A stretch of DNA of 64,000 nt from Gammaproteobacteria bacterium (GTDB lineage Bacteria; Pseudomonadota; Gammaproteobacteria; Ga0077536), in assembly GCA_024234975.1 (NCBI GenBank), contig JACKNH010000004.1, positions 355,784 through 419,783 of the forward strand, written 5' to 3'. The notes beneath the pieces are model-generated. The model was given only the letters and a program-made list of their open reading frames with translations. It had not been told where the DNA came from and made no database searches. Shown here one piece after another: positions 1-8,469 of the stretch. The position numbers were made by a program, and so were the translations under genes. Each line of letters starts with the position of its first letter. Position 1 is the first letter of the stretch.

Positions 1-735
1 CTGTGGCCGATTGTGTCAGCAACAACCACCGTGCCGGCGTCACCCGAGGCGGTTGAAAGCAACGACGTCCGGTCAGTGAAACATCGCATGCTGGCGAGAT
101 TGCCCATTGAGGCATTTCCGGTGCGCGCGCTTGCCGACGTGATGGAGACGCCCACGTCAGATCAACCTGCGGCATTGGCCGAGGTCGAATATGACTGGGC
201 AGGGATCGCGGCGCGATACGCAGGTACTGTGGTTCATGAGTGGTTGCACCGCATTGCTATGGAAGGCGTGGAAGCATGGTCGCCCGCCAAACTGACCGCA
301 CAGGGCCCGGCGATTGTGAACCGGCTCGCGATGATGGGTGTTACTGCCGATGCGCTGGATGAAGTCGCATCCCGGGTTCACGACGCACTGCTGCGCGCCA
401 TCGGGGATGCACGTGGTGCGTGGCTGCTCAGTGGCGGGCATACCGAATCCGCCGCTGAACTTCGCGTGTCCGGAAGGATAGATGGCACGTTGGCGGATGC
501 CATACTGGATCGAACATTCGTGGACGATCAGGGTATTCGCTGGATTGTCGACTACAAGACCAGTCGCCACGTTGGCGGCGGCCTGGAAGCGTTTCTGGAT
601 TCCGAGCAGCAGCGCTACGCGCCGCAACTCGAGCGGTATGCGGCACTGATGCGGCCGCTGGATCAGCGCCCAATCATGTTGGGTTTGTATTTTCCATTGC
701 TGTTGGCCTGGCGCAGCTGGCAAGCGCCTGTATGA
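1..735 (+). CDS. C-terminal PD-(D/E)XK (RecB/AddA-type) nuclease domain of a larger helicase-nuclease; 5' end lies outside the window
   Basis: The frame is open from base 1. The motifs GRIDGTLADAILDRTF and IRWIVDYKTSRH fit the D...(D/E)xK core (IVDYKT) of RecB-family nuclease domains. Confidence 0.6.
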   Translation: MWPIVSATTTVPASPEAVESNDVRSVKHRMLARLPIEAFPVRALADVMETPTSDQPAALAEVEYDWAGIAARYAGTVVHEWLHRIAMEGVEAWSPAKLTAQGPAIVNRLAMMGVTADALDEVASRVHDALLRAIGDARGAWLLSGGHTESAAELRVSGRIDGTLADAILDRTFVDDQGIRWIVDYKTSRHVGGGLEAFLDSEQQRYAPQLERYAALMRPLDQRPIMLGLYFPLLLAWRSWQAPV

Positions 736-754
736 ATCCGGCGGCGCGATAAAT

Positions 755-780
755 CGAGAGGACGCTGCTGCGTCCTCTCG
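755..780. terminator. Perfect 11-bp stem hairpin between convergent genes
   Basis: cgagaggacgc-tgct-gcgtcctctcg lies 20 nt after the + strand stop. On the minus strand it is followed by ATTTAT. There is no long T-run. Confidence 0.4.
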
Positions 781-800
781 TAATGTGCAGGCTTGACCGG

Positions 801-1433
801 TCAGACGCGGCCCAAGCCGCGAAGCCCGACCAGACCGGCGATACTCGACGTCAACAACACCAGCGCGGCGGGTACCGGCACGGGTTGAGTCATCAGTGCG
901 CCGCTCACTTCGAAGTTATCGACGCGCCAGGTACCACTGGCGCTGGCGGCGCCCAGCCCGGAAAGTACAAAATCCGCGACGCCGCTGATCGAAGGGAGCG
1001 TCACCGATTCCAGAATGTGACCGAACGTTGTGGTCGTCGCACCGCTGGCGACGGTGACGCCGTTGATCGCCAACGCCCAGCCGGTCGGTCCACTGGACGA
1101 CGCCCGCTGGTCAAACGCCACGTCGGAGATCGCCAGCGTGACGCCAGTCGGTAAAGACAGTGAAAACGTCATCGCATTGCCATCATCGAAGCCACGGGCA
1201 GAGGCGGCGAGCCCGGGATTGCCGCTGACATTGGACAGGTTGCCATCGGTATCTGACCACAGGCTGCTGCTGATGCCGGGGGCCACCATGTCAGGCATTA
1301 ATTCAAAGCCGCCTTCAGCAGTGTCGAAGTCGAACGCGACGATGTTTGCGCTGACGCCGGTCGTAGTGAGGAGCGTCGACGCGAGCAGCGTCAATGCGAG
1401 GGTGCGCGAACGCGCGGGTGTTCTCGTATACAT
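801..1433 (-). CDS. Secreted protein with a PEP-CTERM / VPLPA-CTERM-type C-terminal sorting signal
   Basis: N-terminal signal peptide (RTLALTLLASTLLTTTGVSA). The C-terminus PVPVPAALVLLTSSIAGLVGLRGLGRV has a Pro motif, a hydrophobic helix and basic residues. Confidence 0.6.
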   Translation of the reverse strand: MYTRTPARSRTLALTLLASTLLTTTGVSANIVAFDFDTAEGGFELMPDMVAPGISSSLWSDTDGNLSNVSGNPGLAASARGFDDGNAMTFSLSLPTGVTLAISDVAFDQRASSSGPTGWALAINGVTVASGATTTTFGHILESVTLPSISGVADFVLSGLGAASASGTWRVDNFEVSGALMTQPVPVPAALVLLTSSIAGLVGLRGLGRV

Positions 1434-1712
1434 CCGTGTATCTCCTTGATTTCATCCATGAAATTCCGTCCTTCCCACGGCATCCTGCCGCCGACGACGG
1501 TACCGGGGATTGTGCGCTTGTCAGCCTGTCCCCGGCAAGTTCAAATTGCCGGGGAGAATTCACTACATGTGATCTCCGGATTCGGATAACACGTTCAGCC
1601 ATGGCGCCTGGCCGGCAGGAAACGCAAGTTACACGCGAGCACATGAGTACCGCGGTCAGCCTGATAACGCAGGTTCAAGGCGATCTGCAAATTCCGCGAA
1701 GGCTTGTTTGGA

Positions 1713-3098
1713 CTACTTGCCGAAGATCAGACCGGCCGGGCCTCGCGCCAGCTTCAACAGGAGTTCGGTTTGCCGCTTGGTGCCGGTTTTCTGGAAGATG
1801 TTCTTGAGATGGGTCCGCGCAGTATTGGCCGCGATCTCCAACTGCGACGCGGCGTTTTCAAGTGTGGTGCCGTTCATCATCAGCGCAACCAGACGGCACT
1901 CCGCTTCCGTCAGACGATACTCGCTCATCAACACATCGATCGATATTTGCCGGCTTTGATTTGGATCGAAGAGATAGGCGATGGCGACAGGGGAGCGATC
2001 CGGATCGTCGCCGCAGGTTGACGACATGATGGAGATGACCAGAGTGCTGTCGGTCTCCGGATCGTGAATCCGGGCGAGCCCGACCGGCGCCTGACAATGT
2101 GCTGGCGTTGTATGCAACGCTTCGTCCAACAGCTTCTGCAGCAGGCGACGCTCGACATCATTGCTGACACGAAGTTTACCGCCTTCGCATGAAATACCCG
2201 CGGTGGACACCAGCAGCCGTTGGGCTTCGCGATTGGCGAACAGGACGTGCATCCGCCTGCTGAGAATCAGCACTCCCATTGGCATAGGATCCAGTGCCCG
2301 GCCCAATGCGGTGACCCGGTTGCCAAGCTCGGCCCGATCCAGTGGGTGTGCCTGGACAGACAGGCGTAGCGCAATTCCGAAGAACGCCCCATGTGCATCA
2401 AACAGTGGCGCCAGTACCGCGTGGCTTGCTTGCGCACCTGAAGTTACCGGAATTGTCCGTTCGTCATGCGCGTTCCTGCATCGGTCCACCAACGCTTCAG
2501 CCTGCGCCACGGACAGTCCACACAGGCGTTGAATGATCCCGGACACGGGCGTGCCGGTGACCTCGCGGCGCTTCAGACCGCATTCGCTCTCCGCAGAGCG
2601 GTTGACGAAAATCACAATGCCAGTGGCATCGCAGGTGACGACCGGTTCGTTTTCCTGGGTGAAATCGATAACCCGTTTGGGCGCCTGGTTTGGCGGTGGT
2701 GTCGTATCACGGTAAAGAGCAAGCTCAATCGCGCTCAGCAGGTCTTTCGTCGTGAAGGGCTTATTGATGAAGCCGGCGGGATTGGTGACGCGGGCGCGAG
2801 CGATGACGTCGTGATCGGCGTAAGCCGAGACATAGATAATCGGAATTTCCTTCGTGGCGCAGATACGTTGCGCTGCTTCGATGCCATCGATTCCGTCACC
2901 GAGCCGGATGTCCATCAGGACCAGATCCGGGTTCAGTTCCTGCGCTTTTTCGATGGCTTCCAGTCCGTTACTGGCAATCCCCGCAACGCCGTATCCCAGA
3001 CCACGCAACCGGGTGCGCATAGCCCCCGCTACCGTGCGTTGGTCCTCCACGATAAGAATCTGCTCGCCTGTCATCCGAATTGATTTGGCCGTACCCAC
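1713..3098 (-). CDS. Response regulator: REC domain, central PAS-like region, C-terminal LuxR-type HTH
   Basis: REC motifs ILIVEDQ ... DLVLMDIRL (phospho-acceptor Asp) ... FINKPF. The C-terminus LTEAECRLVALMMNGTTLENAASQLEIAANTARTHLKNIFQKTG matches a LuxR/GerE HTH. Confidence 0.8.
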   Translation of the reverse strand: MGTAKSIRMTGEQILIVEDQRTVAGAMRTRLRGLGYGVAGIASNGLEAIEKAQELNPDLVLMDIRLGDGIDGIEAAQRICATKEIPIIYVSAYADHDVIARARVTNPAGFINKPFTTKDLLSAIELALYRDTTPPPNQAPKRVIDFTQENEPVVTCDATGIVIFVNRSAESECGLKRREVTGTPVSGIIQRLCGLSVAQAEALVDRCRNAHDERTIPVTSGAQASHAVLAPLFDAHGAFFGIALRLSVQAHPLDRAELGNRVTALGRALDPMPMGVLILSRRMHVLFANREAQRLLVSTAGISCEGGKLRVSNDVERRLLQKLLDEALHTTPAHCQAPVGLARIHDPETDSTLVISIMSSTCGDDPDRSPVAIAYLFDPNQSRQISIDVLMSEYRLTEAECRLVALMMNGTTLENAASQLEIAANTARTHLKNIFQKTGTKRQTELLLKLARGPAGLIFGK

Positions 3099-3207
3099 AC
3101 GGGCTTCCGGTGTGCGGGGTCTCGGGACCTTGTAATGTTTTTAAATTCTTATATCGCATATGCGAATGGCAAGCATATACCCCATATGAGGTATAGCTTT
3201 GTAAGAA

Positions 3208-4326
3208 TTAATCGTCCCGGAATTGCCGTTGCAAAAGTTCACGCCGTTCCTGAGCATCGATTGTCAGCGTGGCAATCGGCCGTGCTTCCAGCCGGCCAAG
3301 ACCGATTTCTTCCCCGGTCTCCTCACAGTAGCCGTACGAACCGTCTTCGATTCGTTCAAGTGCCTGCTCGATCTTGCGCAGCAGTTTGCGATACCGATCG
3401 CGAGTACGCAGTTCCAGAATGTTGTCGCTCTCACGCGAGGCGCGCTCCGCCTCATCGCCAACGTCACGGGATTCTGTCCGCAGGTGTTCAAGTGTTTCCT
3501 GCGATTCCTCGATCAATTCGCTACGCCAGTTCAGCAGCTTGTTACGGAAATAAACGAGGTGCTGGGGGTTCATGTATTCGTCTTTCGGCGAGGGTGTGTA
3601 GCCCTCCGGCAGGTCCACGCCTTCCAGGTTCACAAGGCGACGCGGTTTTGTCATAGGTGTTTCTTGCTGCTTTTCCTTGGGTTTCGTAAATACCAGCGCG
3701 GCGACTTTCTTATTGGGCGTTGCCGAGACCGGTTGCTGGCTCGCATTTCCGCCTTTGGTTTTTCTGGCTTTCGTTTCCTTGACCGGATTCGCGACAGCGG
3801 CCTTTGCTGTGCTGGCCTTGGCGGGTTGCGCACCGGCTGTGGTCGATGCCGGTTTCGCGCTGGCGGTCACGGCTTTGCCGACCTTGGTTTTAGCGGCAGG
3901 GGCCGTGGTTTTCTTGGACGTTTTCACAGTCGGCTTCTTGGTGGACTTGGCCGCAGGCGCTTTGGCAGTTGCGGTTGCGGTTTTACGTTTCGCCGCGGGC
4001 GCCTTGGCTGCTGGCGTTTTGCTGGCAGAGGGTTTCTTTGCGGCAGTTGATTTTGCTGCGGTTTTCGCCGGCGCTTTCTTCGCTGCCGGTTTTTTCTTTA
4101 CCGCTTTGCTGGCGGTCTTGGCAGGCGTCTTCTTCGCGACCGCTTTGCTGGCCGATTTCTTTGCAGTTTTCGTGGCGGTTTTAGTGGTTGTCCCACCCGT
4201 ACGTTTGGCGGCCCGCGCTTTCGGCGCAGTCTTGCTCGCTTTGGCTTTCGCTTTTGCCTTCTTCGTCGCCACGGGATCTACCTCGCTCTTGAAATCGGAG
4301 TTGGGATTCGACAACCGCGCCGTCAC
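3208..4326 (-). CDS. dksA: DksA-family RNA polymerase-binding factor, in frame with a long Ala/Lys/Thr/Pro-rich N-terminal extension. The start is uncertain: GTG at 4326, GTG at 4272, or ATG at 3654 giving a canonical 149-aa DksA.
   Basis: The C-terminal 140 aa (EYMNPQHLVYFRNKLLNWR ... DEAERAS ... ELRTRDRYRKLLRKIEQALERIEDGSYGYCEETGEEIGLGRLEARPIATLTIDAQ) aligns with the E. coli DksA coiled-coil and finger. No stop codon separates it from the upstream AKKP-rich 200 codons. Confidence 0.8.
   Translation of the reverse strand: MTARLSNPNSDFKSEVDPVATKKAKAKAKASKTAPKARAAKRTGGTTTKTATKTAKKSASKAVAKKTPAKTASKAVKKKPAAKKAPAKTAAKSTAAKKPSASKTPAAKAPAAKRKTATATAKAPAAKSTKKPTVKTSKKTTAPAAKTKVGKAVTASAKPASTTAGAQPAKASTAKAAVANPVKETKARKTKGGNASQQPVSATPNKKVAALVFTKPKEKQQETPMTKPRRLVNLEGVDLPEGYTPSPKDEYMNPQHLVYFRNKLLNWRSELIEESQETLEHLRTESRDVGDEAERASRESDNILELRTRDRYRKLLRKIEQALERIEDGSYGYCEETGEEIGLGRLEARPIATLTIDAQERRELLQRQFRDD
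3652..4269 (-). repeat. Low-complexity coding repeat (degenerate AKK/KPAA/TAK units), histone H1/AlgP-like
   Basis: The translation is almost only A, K, T, P and S (KKAKAKAKASKTAPKARAAK ... KKPAAKKAPAKTAAK ...). All frames on both strands are open here, as expected for simple repeats. Confidence 0.6.
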
Positions 4327-4573
4327 GCGCCGAGGGCCATGTAATTGTAATTGTCAGCGGGCACGTGTACGGACGGTACAAGTAGCGCGCCAGACGCCGT
4401 TTCAGGCCCCGCCGCGCCGCTAAAAAGCGCGCACGATAATCATTTTTGTCTGACAAAGCAATTTCCTTTCCCGGGGCCGCTTGTGGGGGTTGCGGTCGGC
4501 CAGATCACTTCCCCTGTTCCCCGCAAAGCAATACAATTCCGCTTCTTCCAAGACGACCCTCTAGGAGCAGTGA

Positions 4574-4894
4574 ATGAAGCGTCTTCCTTTCCGCGCTTTG
4601 GCCGTGCTGTTGCTGGGCGCCGTTAACGTCGCTTCTGCGGCCGACGGCGATCCCGCGCGGGGTGCGACCGCGTTCGAGACCTGCCGTGGCTGCCATGCAG
4701 TGGCGGGCTATTTCAATGTCTATCCGAGTTATCAGGTCCCGAAGCTGGGTGGCCAGAATGCTGCCTATGTCAGCACGGCACTCAAGGAATACCGCGATGG
4801 CGCACGCAAGCACGACACGATGCATGCGAACGCGATGGGGCTGACTGATCAACAGATCGCGGACATCGCGGCCTACGTTTCGCAGTACGAGTAA
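4574..4894 (+). CDS. Monohaem class I cytochrome c (c4 half-domain-like), periplasmic
   Basis: Signal peptide and a CRGCH haem-binding motif. PKLGGQNAAYVSTALKEYRDG ... LTDQQIADIAAYV resembles one cytochrome c4/c-553 domain. Confidence 0.8.
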   Translation: MKRLPFRALAVLLLGAVNVASAADGDPARGATAFETCRGCHAVAGYFNVYPSYQVPKLGGQNAAYVSTALKEYRDGARKHDTMHANAMGLTDQQIADIAAYVSQYE

Positions 4895-4908
4895 TTCGGG
4901 GCAACAAT

Positions 4909-5268
4909 ATGAAATTGCAAAAGTTTCTGTTAGGTGTCGGACTGCTGGCAGCAGCAGGATTTGCACAGGCGGCGGAAGAACACGAAGCCGAGACACAGGG
5001 TGGCATGACTTTCGATCAGAAGCTGGCGACCTGCGCGGCCTGTCATGGCCCGGAAGGGGACAAGCCGCTGTTGCCGGAATATCCCAAGCTCGCGGGTCAA
5101 TACGCCAGCTACCTGGAACATGCCCTGAAGTCCTACCGCGAAGGCCGGAGGGAGAACCTCATCATGTCGCAGCAGGTCAAGACACTGAATCTGTCGGACA
5201 GTGATATCAAGCGTCTGGCAGCGCATTTCTCAGCCAAGGGCGCGCTGACCCAGATCACCGCGCAGTAA
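4909..5268 (+). CDS. Monohaem class I cytochrome c (second c4-like half-domain)
   Basis: Signal peptide and a CAACH motif. PKLAGQYASYLEHALKSYREGRR ... LSDSDIKRLAAHF is a paralogue of the gene 15 bp upstream. Confidence 0.8.
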   Translation: MKLQKFLLGVGLLAAAGFAQAAEEHEAETQGGMTFDQKLATCAACHGPEGDKPLLPEYPKLAGQYASYLEHALKSYREGRRENLIMSQQVKTLNLSDSDIKRLAAHFSAKGALTQITAQ

Positions 5269-5292
5269 CGCGTTTCAATTCTTTGTTCAAAA

Positions 5293-5318
5293 GTCACCGG
5301 GCTTTGCGGCCCGGTGAC
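5293..5318. terminator. Hairpin between convergent cytochrome c and hydrolase genes
   Basis: gtcaccgggc-tttgcg-gcccggtgac. It is followed on the minus strand by TTTTGAAC. Confidence 0.4.
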
Positions 5319-5342
5319 GCAATTCTCCCGCAAAACCCCGCT

Positions 5343-6050
5343 TCAGAAGATCTCTTCCAGAAAATCCACAAGCGTCCGCCACGAGCGGCGATCGGCTTTG
5401 GCATCGTAGGCGAGTCCGTGGCCCGGGTCGTTGGCTTCGGGATGCGTAAACGCATGCATTGTCCGGCCATAGACGTGCAACTGCCAGTCGGTTCCCGCGT
5501 CGGTCATTTCCTGTTTGAACGCGGTGACAGCGTCGACAGGCACCATAGGGTCGTCGTGGCCATGCAGCGCCAGCACTTTGGCGGTGATGTTCGGTTTGCT
5601 GATGTTCGGTGGGGGTACGAACAGGCCGTGAATACTGGCGACACCCCGCAAGTCGGCACCGGATCGCGCCAGGTCGAGCACGCACAGGCCGCCAAAGCAG
5701 AAACCAATTGCCGCGATTCGCTCCGGATCCACTTCCGGTTGGCTGCGCAGTACCTCCAACGCTTTTTGCAGTCGGGCCTGCAGGTTAGCCCGGTCCTGCA
5801 GGAACGGCTGCATCAGACCGGCATTCTGCTCGGCGTTCTGGCCCAGAATACCCTTACCGTAAAGGTCCAATGCGAAACCGCTGTAGCCGAGCGCGGCCAG
5901 CGAACGCGCCTTGTCACATTCAAAAGGCGAGCGGCCGGCCCAGGCATGGGCGATAAGGACGGCAGGCCGTTTACCGGCGGCATCCGGGGATGCCATAAAC
6001 CCCTCCAAATCCACCTGGTTGTGTTGGTAATCCACGAAGCGCTCTGCCAT
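5343..6050 (-). CDS. Dienelactone hydrolase family protein
   Basis: RPAVLIAHAWAGR, the nucleophile motif IGFCFGG, and HGHDDPMVP. I chose the start at the internal ATG (MAERFVDYQ), which is preceded by GGAG and gives a family-typical 236 aa. The listed ORF extends to 6221. Confidence 0.8.
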   Translation of the reverse strand: MAERFVDYQHNQVDLEGFMASPDAAGKRPAVLIAHAWAGRSPFECDKARSLAALGYSGFALDLYGKGILGQNAEQNAGLMQPFLQDRANLQARLQKALEVLRSQPEVDPERIAAIGFCFGGLCVLDLARSGADLRGVASIHGLFVPPPNISKPNITAKVLALHGHDDPMVPVDAVTAFKQEMTDAGTDWQLHVYGRTMHAFTHPEANDPGHGLAYDAKADRRSWRTLVDFLEEIF

Positions 6051-6268
6051 GCCTTGGGTCTCCTCTGTGATTGAAAGCCGGGGTCGGTTGCGAATGATAA
6101 CCGCTGGTATGTGCGTCACACAGTACCGGTCGTCCCCGGTCCTGAGCCTATTCTTCCGGATAATTCGGTCACAAATCAGTGGCTTCCCTCGGTTCCTTGC
6201 GGGCCGGACTTCTATACTCATGGCATCCGCTGCCGATAACGCCCGGTAAGGAGAAGACTTTGTTACCG

Positions 6269-7147
6269 ATGTTGCAATGCACAGAACCGGCTGTTTCGGC
6301 CATCGACTCGGCGCTCATTGATGTACCGGGGATGATGCATGCCGCCGTTTCCAACCACCTCAGGCAATGCCATGCGACGATGTTTGGTCGACGCCACGGG
6401 CGTTACCTGAACCGTGCAATCGAATTTGCAGCCGTTGCCACGCGTGAGATCGGCCAATCGGATGCGCTGTATCACAATGTCGAGCATACGACCCAGGTGA
6501 CCCTCGTCGGCGCCGCAATTCTGGTGGGGCGCCACATCGAACGCGCGGATGTGAGTCCGCAGGCGTGGCTGGATTCGATCATCGCCATGTTGTGCCACGA
6601 CATCGGATATGTCCGCGGCATCTGTCGCGATGACCGTGGCGAAAAATGCGCCACCGGTGTCGGGCGCAACAAGGTGAACATCGACAGCCTCGCGAGCGAT
6701 GCGGCGCTGATGCCCTACCACGTGGATCGCGGCAAGCGGTTTGTCGCGGAGTACTTCGCCGAAGATAACCTGGTCGACGCGGGCACGGTGCAGACTTACA
6801 TTGAACGCACACGGTTTCCGGTACCGGCGGATGCCGGCTACAGTGTTGCCGATGATTTTGCCGGGCTGGTGCGCGCGGCTGACCTGATTGGCCAATTGAG
6901 TGACCGCCGGTATCTCAACAAGCTGTCAGCGGTTTATTACGAGTTTGAAGAAACTGGTTTCAACGGGGTGGCGGGATATCGCAAACCCGGTGATTTGCTC
7001 AAGACCTACCCCGAATTCTTCCGTGCACGCGTGCAACCGTATATCGGTGCGGCATCACGTTACCTCCGCTACAGCACGGCCGGGAGTGATGTGCTGTGGC
7101 AACTCGAGGAAAATCTCGCAAGGGCCCGCGGCGGCCGGCGCCGCTAG
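6269..7147 (+). CDS. HD-domain metal-dependent phosphohydrolase-like protein
   Basis: YHNVEHTTQV ... MLCHDIGYVRG fits the H...HD pattern. The start could be ATG 6269 or in-frame TTG 6260, which lies 8 nt after GGAG. Confidence 0.55.
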   Translation: MLQCTEPAVSAIDSALIDVPGMMHAAVSNHLRQCHATMFGRRHGRYLNRAIEFAAVATREIGQSDALYHNVEHTTQVTLVGAAILVGRHIERADVSPQAWLDSIIAMLCHDIGYVRGICRDDRGEKCATGVGRNKVNIDSLASDAALMPYHVDRGKRFVAEYFAEDNLVDAGTVQTYIERTRFPVPADAGYSVADDFAGLVRAADLIGQLSDRRYLNKLSAVYYEFEETGFNGVAGYRKPGDLLKTYPEFFRARVQPYIGAASRYLRYSTAGSDVLWQLEENLARARGGRRR

Positions 7148-8469
7148 AGCAGGTTTATCAGCAGGGTCGCGATACCGAGGAAGCTGAAAAAGCCGGCAAT
7201 ATCGGTCACCGTCGTCAGGATAATGGATGACGCCTGAGCCGGATCCTGGCCGAATCTCGTCAACAGCAGCGGAACCGCCGCACCGGCAAGCCCGGCTATC
7301 ACCATCGACGACACCATGGCCAGCCCGATGATGGTCATCAAACCGGTTGATCTGCTCCATAGAAAGACAGCGGCGCAGGTGGTCAATGCCACGCCCAGAC
7401 CGTTGACCAGGCTGACGATCAATTCCTTGCGCAATACGCGCGGCCAATGCCAGATGCTGATCTCCCTTAATGCCAGACCACGCATTACCACTGCCAGCGC
7501 CTGGGCGCCGGTATTGCCCGACTGGCCAGCGACCACCGGCAGCAGAATGGCGAGTGCGGTATAGCGGGCGATGGTGTCTTCGAACAGGCCGACAACCGCA
7601 GCCGCCAGAAACGCGGTGACCAGGTTGATCTGCAGCCAGGGCAGCCGCCGGCTGACGGAAAACATGGGCGGCGACAACGCCTGCTCGGAACGGCTCACAC
7701 CGAACATGGCCTGGATGTCGCCGACGGCGTCTTCCTTCGCGACTGCGACCAGTTCGTCGTAGCGAACTATGCCAATCAGGCGGCCGTCGTTATCAACCAC
7801 CGGCAGACTGGATACCCGATGGTCTTCCATGGCTTCAACGATTTCCTCCTTGTCCGCCGCCAGTCCGACCACCGCTGGCACTGGCTGCATGTAGTCGCGC
7901 AGACGATCTGCCGGATCGGCCAGCGCCAGGTCCTGGATGGCGACAATACCCTCAATACGGGATTCGTGATCGACCAGCAGCATGATGCGGCGAGATTGGG
8001 AGTGCGAGCGCTGGTAGCGCTGCCCGCGTAGCAGCAACAGCGCATCGTTGACCGCCATGTCCGGGCGCAGGAACAACACCCGCGGGTCCATCATTGCTGC
8101 CGCGCTGTCTGCCGGGCTGTCCAGGAGCAGGTTGATGTCGTCCTGCGCATTGCGGTCCAGCCGCTGCAGGATGTCTGTTCGCGTTTCGACATCCATGATG
8201 CGCAGAATCGTGGCTGCTCGCGGAATCTGCAGACGATTCAGGATTCCTGTGGCCAGTTTTGCGTCCAACAGGCGCAAAATGCCTTCGGACTGCACCGGCG
8301 AGACGCGTTCGATAACCGGCGCCAGGGTCGCAGCATCGAATTCCCCCAGCAGAGTCGCCGCTCGTTCCGGTGGCATCGATTCGAGCGTGTTGGCGGCCTC
8401 GACCGGGTGCCGCTGCAGAAAATCGCCGTGCAGCGTCTGTTCGGCTGCCGCTGCCATTTCGTCCGTCAT
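7144..8469 (-). CDS. mgtE: Magnesium transporter MgtE (full length: N-domain, CBS pair, 5-TM domain)
   Basis: The N-terminus PERAATLLGEF, a CBS region, and the TM signature LLPVVAGQSGNTGAQALAVVMRGLALREI. Confidence 0.9.
   Translation of the reverse strand: MTDEMAAAAEQTLHGDFLQRHPVEAANTLESMPPERAATLLGEFDAATLAPVIERVSPVQSEGILRLLDAKLATGILNRLQIPRAATILRIMDVETRTDILQRLDRNAQDDINLLLDSPADSAAAMMDPRVLFLRPDMAVNDALLLLRGQRYQRSHSQSRRIMLLVDHESRIEGIVAIQDLALADPADRLRDYMQPVPAVVGLAADKEEIVEAMEDHRVSSLPVVDNDGRLIGIVRYDELVAVAKEDAVGDIQAMFGVSRSEQALSPPMFSVSRRLPWLQINLVTAFLAAAVVGLFEDTIARYTALAILLPVVAGQSGNTGAQALAVVMRGLALREISIWHWPRVLRKELIVSLVNGLGVALTTCAAVFLWSRSTGLMTIIGLAMVSSMVIAGLAGAAVPLLLTRFGQDPAQASSIILTTVTDIAGFFSFLGIATLLINLL

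Noticed and set aside
1528-1554. 10-bp perfect hairpin (tccccggcaa/ttgccgggga) as terminator of the LuxR-type regulator gene
   Set aside because: It has no T-run on either strand and lies about 160 nt from the stop codon. It may be a 5'-UTR structure of the downstream gene, but that cannot be decided from sequence.
3223-4423. Plus-strand ORFs (275 aa and 248 aa) with Phe/Leu/Ala/Gly-rich pseudo-transmembrane sequences
   Set aside because: They are mirror images of the Ala/Lys-rich repeat of the dksA gene. Simple repeats keep every frame open.
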